Part shown: positions 58,515 to 64,000 of the stretch, piece by piece
How the letters are laid out: the number at the start of each line of letters is the position of its first letter
How positions within the stretch are numbered: position 1 is the first letter of the stretch
Origin: Candidatus Babelota bacterium
GTDB taxonomy: Bacteria; Babelota; Babeliae; Babelales; CAIQNR01
Reading direction: 5' to 3'
NCBI GenBank assembly: GCA_965658655.1
Contig: CBFHTA010000002.1
Span: forward strand, 160,001 to 224,000
DNA length: 64,000 nucleotides
Notes under the pieces: generated by a model
What the model saw: the letters and a program-made list of their open reading frames with translations, nothing else
What the model was told of the DNA's origin: nothing
Databases searched by the model: none
Translations under genes and position numbers: made by a program

Positions 58515-59609
58515 GTGCTTAATATAGATAGACGTTATTTTTATCATTTTGATTGGATAAGCTTAGGTTTAACCGTTGCAATTTCATCCATTGGGTTGGC
58601 TTTTGTATTCAGCTCTACAACTAATGGACATGTTGCGTATTCTATCTTTTTCAAGAAACAATTATTTGGGGTTATCTCTGGGTTTGTTTTGTATTTCATC
58701 TTCTGCTTTTTAGACTTTAGAGCACTCTGCAGAAATGGCTATTTTTTATATTTTGGCATAATTGGTTTATTATTGTTCACTCTTATCAAGGGTAAAATAG
58801 GGATGGGTGCTCAACGATGGATCGATCTAAAGTTTATACGGTTTCAACCTTCTGAAGTAGCAAAACTTTTTTTCCCTGCTTTTTTAACGTATTACTTGTA
58901 TACCGAAAATGATGTCCCCGTCTATCGATTCGATAGTTTTTACCCTATCTTAGGGATTTTAACCATCAGCAGCTTACTTATTTTAAAGCAACCCGACTTA
59001 GGAACCGCTATTGTGTTCTTTGCATCGGGCCTTATCATGCTTTGGCTAGCAGGTATTAGTCCCAAGTTTTTTAAATGGGGGTTACTTGCAGCGTTACTCT
59101 GTGCACCACTTGGTTGGCGCATATTAAAACCGTATCAAAAGAAACGTATTGCTGTATTTTTAGGTGCAGGAGAAAGCCATAAAGAACGATATCAAATTGA
59201 ACAATCTAAAATTGCTATTGGCTCGGGAGGCGTCTGGGGTAAAGGTTTTAGCAAAGGAACACAAAATACATTTTTATTTTTACCCGAAAGTCGGACAGAT
59301 TTCATCTTTTCAGTTATCTGCGAAGAATGGGGTTTTCTAGGCGCCCTGTTTATTCTTTTTCTATACAGTGCATTATTTGCTCGCATTGTTTTACTTCTAC
59401 AAACTGTTAAAACTTTTTTTGCACAATTGCTCGCAGCTGGCCTTCTGGTCTCTATCATGCTCTCTTCTTTTATTAACATTGCCATGATTTCTGGACTATT
59501 ACCAATTGTTGGAATACCACTCCCCTTGATGAGTTACGGTGTAACATCTTTATGGATTACACTGGCAAGCTTAGGATGGGTTCAAGGTATTGTAATGAGA
59601 AAATTTTAG
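58515..59609 (+). CDS. rodA: rod shape-determining protein RodA (SEDS family)
   Basis: GAQRWI, FQPSEVAK, QPDLGTA, QSKIAIGSGG, LPESRTDFIFSV..EEWG, GIPLPLMSYG. Confidence 0.92.
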   Translation: MLNIDRRYFYHFDWISLGLTVAISSIGLAFVFSSTTNGHVAYSIFFKKQLFGVISGFVLYFIFCFLDFRALCRNGYFLYFGIIGLLLFTLIKGKIGMGAQRWIDLKFIRFQPSEVAKLFFPAFLTYYLYTENDVPVYRFDSFYPILGILTISSLLILKQPDLGTAIVFFASGLIMLWLAGISPKFFKWGLLAALLCAPLGWRILKPYQKKRIAVFLGAGESHKERYQIEQSKIAIGSGGVWGKGFSKGTQNTFLFLPESRTDFIFSVICEEWGFLGALFILFLYSALFARIVLLLQTVKTFFAQLLAAGLLVSIMLSSFINIAMISGLLPIVGIPLPLMSYGVTSLWITLASLGWVQGIVMRKF

Positions 59610-59690
59610 ATCGTTAACTGTCTCTTTCATTCTTTTTCATTCTGTTGTAATCTCTCGAACAAGTTTTTATTTTAAAAGGAGTTTCTCAAA

Positions 59691-60701
59691 ATGAACAAAG
59701 CACTTGTTATCTCATTGTTAACCATCATTAACCTCAATGCCCATACTTTTCTGGGATATCATATTAAAAATCGTGTAGGCCTTTCTGCTTGCATTTTAGG
59801 TGAATCAAAAGGAATCACTGAAATGGCTCAAAAAGAGTGTGCCATCTTAACTTATAAATCTGTAAGATCACATCCAGCAACACGTCACCCAGAGCCAAAC
59901 ATTGGTTACATAAGTCAAACAAAGCAACTCACTAACTCATCTCTTGCGACAGGACTTGCCGCAGACACCGACTATAGTCTTATGAAGCCAATTAGCATTG
60001 CCAATTCTTATGGAATAGAAAGCTTACAAGCATCTGAAGTTATTAAAGATATTAAAAAAGCACGAAATATTCTTAAAAAAGATCAATTACTCATTGTTTC
60101 TATTTATCCTCAGGCATATCCAGGAATTTCTCGAGCTCAAGATGCACATTATTTAGCACACCTTGTAAAAGAAGCCGGTGCTCAAGCTATTGAAATCAAT
60201 CTTGCTTGTCCAAACGTACATGAAAAACCCCTATATCAAGATCTAGGAAGATTAAGAGGCATCTGTGAAGAAGCAGTAGCTGGAGGGAAAAATCTTCCTG
60301 TTCTTATAAAAATTGGTTTTATTTCTGATAAAGAAATATTAAAAAATGTAGTTAAAACTGCGGTGAAAGCAGGAATTCGTGGCATTACCAGCATGAATTC
60401 TATTGCTGCAGAAATTTTAAACAACACTAATGATAAATTTTTCTTCCCCGGAAGGCCAGTAGCAGGAGTTTCTGGCGATATTATTCGAGATCTCGCATTA
60501 GAACAAATCAAAACACTAGTCGAAATACGCAAAGAAGAAAATTTAGACTTTGAAATTTCAGGAGTTGGTGGTATTTCTAAACCTGAACATTTTGATTTAT
60601 TCCTTGAAGCAGGTGCAAATGCTGCTCTCAGTGCTACAGGACTGATGCATAATCACGATTTAGTAAAAGAATATATAAATTTTAAAATGCTCACTCATTA
60701 A
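59691..60701 (+). CDS. dihydroorotate dehydrogenase-like FMN enzyme with signal-like N-terminus
   Basis: TYKSV, ANSYG, EINLACPN, PVLIKI, NSI, AGVSG, SGVGGI motifs of class 1 DHODH. Confidence 0.75.
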   Translation: MNKALVISLLTIINLNAHTFLGYHIKNRVGLSACILGESKGITEMAQKECAILTYKSVRSHPATRHPEPNIGYISQTKQLTNSSLATGLAADTDYSLMKPISIANSYGIESLQASEVIKDIKKARNILKKDQLLIVSIYPQAYPGISRAQDAHYLAHLVKEAGAQAIEINLACPNVHEKPLYQDLGRLRGICEEAVAGGKNLPVLIKIGFISDKEILKNVVKTAVKAGIRGITSMNSIAAEILNNTNDKFFFPGRPVAGVSGDIIRDLALEQIKTLVEIRKEENLDFEISGVGGISKPEHFDLFLEAGANAALSATGLMHNHDLVKEYINFKMLTH

Positions 60702-60893
60702 ATCTATAAAACATATAGCAAACGCTAACCCAATACAGAAAAAGTACTTATGTGTATCAATGCATCATCTTTTAAAACCACCACAGTCCTCTCTCTTCTA
60801 GCAATTTGAAGCACAGAAGATCTTTCTTTTGTAGGAGCATTTAAAACCAGCGTTGATCAACTTGCTCTATAATTAAACTCTCAAGCCAGTCAG

Positions 60894-61166
60894 TTATCTA
60901 TTGACTGGCTTTTCTTCTCTCATAATTTGAAGACCATGAAAATAACCTAAAGAAAAACCACTTTCATACTGCTCTGACTTTTTTTCTGATAAAACATATC
61001 CTGCATTTTTCTTTGCAGCTTCAACCCCCTTAATATAACCCACCTTACCTTCTTCAGATAGATTTTTCTTAATAGCGATCCGCCCCTTTTTGTCTTCTGA
61101 TAAATTACCATATGCAACCACAAAATTTGAAATTACTAACAAAAATAAAAATAATGTTTTTTTCAT
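60894..61166 (-). CDS. small exported hypothetical protein
   Basis: 90 aa; signal peptide MKKTLFLFLLVISNFVVA. Confidence 0.65.
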   Translation of the reverse strand: MKKTLFLFLLVISNFVVAYGNLSEDKKGRIAIKKNLSEEGKVGYIKGVEAAKKNAGYVLSEKKSEQYESGFSLGYFHGLQIMREEKPVNR

Positions 61167-61272
61167 TATGAAATGTTTCCTAAAACCTTAACTAACTAAA
61201 CTTTATATAAATTTTATAGAATATCATTTTTAATATAAACTGAAACGAAATCCTTACAGAGAAAGAAATAGC

Positions 61273-62292
61273 ATGGAAGAAAAAGAAATTCTAGACGTTA
61301 TTACGTTACAAGAAACTCCTGAAGAACAACAGTACGATTTTGTACCAAAAAGCTTTGACGAGTACCTTGGCCAAGAAAAACTTAAAGAAAAACTTAAAGT
61401 TTACACCCAAGCAGCCAAGATGAGAAAAGAATCTCTGGACCATCTACTTTTATTTGGACCTCCAGGCCTTGGTAAGACGACGCTTTCTCAAATCATGGCG
61501 CAAGTGATGGGTGTAGGAATAAAAATTTGTTCTGGCCCCATGATGGAGCGCACGGGAGATCTTGTAGCTATTCTTTCTAGTCTTGAGCCGCGCGATATTT
61601 TATTTATCGATGAGATTCACCGTATGCCAACCACAGTAGAAGAAGTTTTATATAGCGCAATGGAGCAATTCAGAATAGATGTGGTCATTGGCCAAGGGGC
61701 CGGAGCTAAATCTATAAACCTTCCTTTGCACCCCTTCACCCTAATTGGCGCAACAACTCAAAGTGGTAAAATCTCTGCTCCACTTCGTAGTCGATTTGGT
61801 ATCAGCGAACGTATTGATTATTACACATTTGAAGAACTTCAAGAAATTATTCTACAAAGCGCCACATTTTTAGAAGTAAAACTTAGCCCAGAAGCTGCAC
61901 TCCGTATTGCTCGCTCTTCACGCGGCACACCTAGAATTGCAAAAAAAATGCTTCGACGTGTTCGTGATTTTGCACAAGTCAAAAATGTACCAATTGCTGA
62001 TGATACTTTGGCTAGAAAAGCTTTATCATTTTTAGGTATCGACGATGATGGATTAAGTACTGTAGATAACATGATTCTTAAAAAAATGATGGAACACTTT
62101 AACGGTGGACCTGTAGGTCTTGAAACATTAGCCTCAATGGTTGGTGAAGATAAAGACACTCTTGAGACGGTTTATGAACCTTATCTACTACGTCAAGGTT
62201 ACCTAGAAAAAACCCCCCGGGGTCGACAAATCACCTACAAGAAGTTACCCTTTTTACAAAAGAAATATTTTGGGCAAACAGCAATTGTCTAA
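61273..62292 (+). CDS. ruvB: Holliday junction branch migration helicase RuvB
   Basis: GPPGLGKTTL, LFIDEIHR, GATT, RGTPRIA, EPYLLRQG. Confidence 0.98.
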   Translation: MEEKEILDVITLQETPEEQQYDFVPKSFDEYLGQEKLKEKLKVYTQAAKMRKESLDHLLLFGPPGLGKTTLSQIMAQVMGVGIKICSGPMMERTGDLVAILSSLEPRDILFIDEIHRMPTTVEEVLYSAMEQFRIDVVIGQGAGAKSINLPLHPFTLIGATTQSGKISAPLRSRFGISERIDYYTFEELQEIILQSATFLEVKLSPEAALRIARSSRGTPRIAKKMLRRVRDFAQVKNVPIADDTLARKALSFLGIDDDGLSTVDNMILKKMMEHFNGGPVGLETLASMVGEDKDTLETVYEPYLLRQGYLEKTPRGRQITYKKLPFLQKKYFGQTAIV

Positions 62293-62313
62293 TAAGCACA
62301 AGGAGTTAAAGCC

Positions 62314-63030
62314 ATGGCAGGTCATTCAAAATGGGCCAACATCAAGCATAAAAAAGCAAAAGAAGACGCAGCACGCGGAAAATCTTTTACTAAACTTGTT
62401 AAAGAAATCACCGTTGTTGCACGTGACGGTGGTGGAGACCCTTCTGGTAATCCTCGACTAAGAACGCTTGTAGACAAAGCAAAACAAATTAATATGCCTC
62501 AAGAAAATATTAAACGTGCAATTCAAAAAGGCACCGGAGAACTTCCTGGTGTTTCTTATGAGCAAATAATGTATGAAGGCTACGGACCAGCAGGAATTGC
62601 TGTTATGCTCGAAGTTTTAACAGACAATAAAAATCGTGCTGTTGCAGCGGTACGAAGTACCTTTACTAAAAAAGGTGGTAATCTTGCAGAAAATGGCTCT
62701 GTCAGCTGGATGTTCTCTCAGAAAGGTGTTATTAAAGCAACAGGCGGCTCACTTTCTGAAGATGAACTTTTAGAAAAACTTTTAGACTTTGATGTAGAAG
62801 ATATTCAAAAAGAAGAAACTCTTTTTTATATCACATGTGACATGAAAGCACTTGATCAAGTTAAGCAAGGTGTAAATCAAGCAAATCTAACCATTGAGAA
62901 TGCCGACATTGAGTGGGTAGCCAAAGACAAAGCTGATCTTTCTGAGAGTGATGCTGAAAAAGCTTATGAATTCTTAGGCGCACTCGAAGCATTAGAAGAT
63001 GTTCAAAATGTTTACTCAAATATTGAATAA
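62314..63030 (+). CDS. yebC: YebC/PmpR family protein
   Basis: MAGHSKWANIKHKK, NPRLR, YEGYGPAG, TDNKNR, DVQNVYSN. Confidence 0.97.
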   Translation: MAGHSKWANIKHKKAKEDAARGKSFTKLVKEITVVARDGGGDPSGNPRLRTLVDKAKQINMPQENIKRAIQKGTGELPGVSYEQIMYEGYGPAGIAVMLEVLTDNKNRAVAAVRSTFTKKGGNLAENGSVSWMFSQKGVIKATGGSLSEDELLEKLLDFDVEDIQKEETLFYITCDMKALDQVKQGVNQANLTIENADIEWVAKDKADLSESDAEKAYEFLGALEALEDVQNVYSNIE

Positions 63031-63103
63031 TTTGACACATTTTTAAGAAGATTTTTTTCGTAAAATCATTTATTTATCTATCATTTCACCTCTTTCTTAA
63101 GGG

Positions 63104-63132
63104 TTGACAAACCACAGGGAGATTTCTAGGGT
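63104..63132 (+). promoter_or_regulatory. putative sigma70 promoter
   Basis: TTGACA-17 bp-TAGGGT upstream of ATG 63169. Confidence 0.5.
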
Positions 63133-63168
63133 AAAATCTAGTATTTTCTTAAAAAAGGAAGGTAGGTA

Positions 63169-64000
63169 ATGAAAGCTCTTTTAAGGGTCATCGCGCTCTC
63201 ACTGTGCGCCCTCTCTGTTTTGCACGCCAATTCCTCTCGTCAATCATCCCCCAATTTTCATTACATGCGTGCACTCTCAAAAACCGATTTTGTATCTTCC
63301 GGTGGTACCACATTAGTAAAAACATTTACTATCTCAAACCCTGGAACATATACTTTAGCCCAAGACATTGGCTATCAAGCACATAACAATAGCACAGCAC
63401 CAGGTGAATCTTGTGCCATCTATATTAACTCAAGTGACGTGGTCCTCGATCTTGGTTCTTTTACTCTCTATAGCAACTCAAATGTTGCAGAAGACTCTGC
63501 AACAAAAGCTATCGATATTAATACTCATAAAGATAACATTATTATTAAAAACGGTAATATTAACGGTTTTAGTGAAACAGGTGTGAATATTCGCTCAAGT
63601 AGTCGAAGTATTCATCTGCAGGATATAGCCATTAACGCTTGTGGTGTATATGGCATTAGTTGTGTAGGAGCGGCAGGAATAGAAAACATTAATGCAGGCA
63701 TATTAATACAAAATTGCCGTGTAACCGATACAACTAGAACAAACAACATGGGAGTACGGATTACCTTTACAGAAAACATTATAATGCAAGATACCTCTGT
63801 TGGATTTGGAAACAATGATACTGCAGGTAGCGAATCGATTGGCATTCTTTTTTCAACTTGCACCAATATACAATGTAATAATGTAAGTTCTGGTGGCCAC
63901 TATGGAGATGGAGCATTCGGATATAAACTCACTGATGTACGCGGTGGAATCTTTGAGAACTGCGTTTCTCAAGGTAATTATGCTATTGATTCTACAAGTA
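63169..64000 (+). CDS. exported right-handed parallel beta-helix repeat protein (3' truncated; absent from ORF track)
   Basis: Manually translated open frame from ATG 63169 after an aggaagg RBS: signal peptide, TISNPGTYTLAQDI...IYINSSDVVLDLG, repeated GI/N/C-rich beta-helix rungs. Confidence 0.8.
   Translation, partial: MKALLRVIALSLCALSVLHANSSRQSSPNFHYMRALSKTDFVSSGGTTLVKTFTISNPGTYTLAQDIGYQAHNNSTAPGESCAIYINSSDVVLDLGSFTLYSNSNVAEDSATKAIDINTHKDNIIIKNGNINGFSETGVNIRSSSRSIHLQDIAINACGVYGISCVGAAGIENINAGILIQNCRVTDTTRTNNMGVRITFTENIIMQDTSVGFGNNDTAGSESIGILFSTCTNIQCNNVSSGGHYGDGAFGYKLTDVRGGIFENCVSQGNYAIDSTS

Noticed and set aside
63204..63866. Short ORFs 63204..63386, 63368..63586, 63612..63866
   Set aside because: Out-of-frame or antisense to the open beta-helix CDS starting at 63169
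1..64000. CRISPR array, rRNA, integrase or transposase
   Set aside because: No regularly spaced repeat-spacer series, rRNA-like tract or recombinase motif seen

Overview
AT-rich bacterial chromosome segment. The gene mix suggests a host-associated intracellular bacterium, most likely Candidatus Dependentiae (Babelota/TM6); this is an inference from gene content, not a database result. Housekeeping genes (glyQS, ktrAB, rplU, mutS, RluB-type pseudouridine synthase, dtd, uvrA, rodA, ruvB, yebC, tlyA, lemA, two HtrA proteases, four tRNAs) are interleaved with many signal-peptide-bearing orphan or eukaryote-like proteins. No rRNA, CRISPR array, integrase or transposase was seen. Main observations: (1) Two accessory exported genes each end in a copy of the 3' tail of the housekeeping gene just upstream (pseudouridine synthase; uvrA), which looks like a recurrent gene-capture footprint. 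(2) Four exported C2H2/C2HC zinc-finger proteins sit beside tRNA-Arg(TCG); two of them share conserved termini and have divergent fingers. (3) An exported acidic protein carries a WASP-like central+acidic (Arp2/3-binding) motif with a duplicated DDW unit. (4) One exported protein resembles mitochondrial NCA2/DGS1. (5) One exported protein has a RING-H2 finger. (6) A Sec-type polymorphic EndoU toxin locus is split by a -1 frameshift near an A9 tract and followed by an immunity gene, a MITE-like insert and an orphan toxin-tip/immunity chimera.
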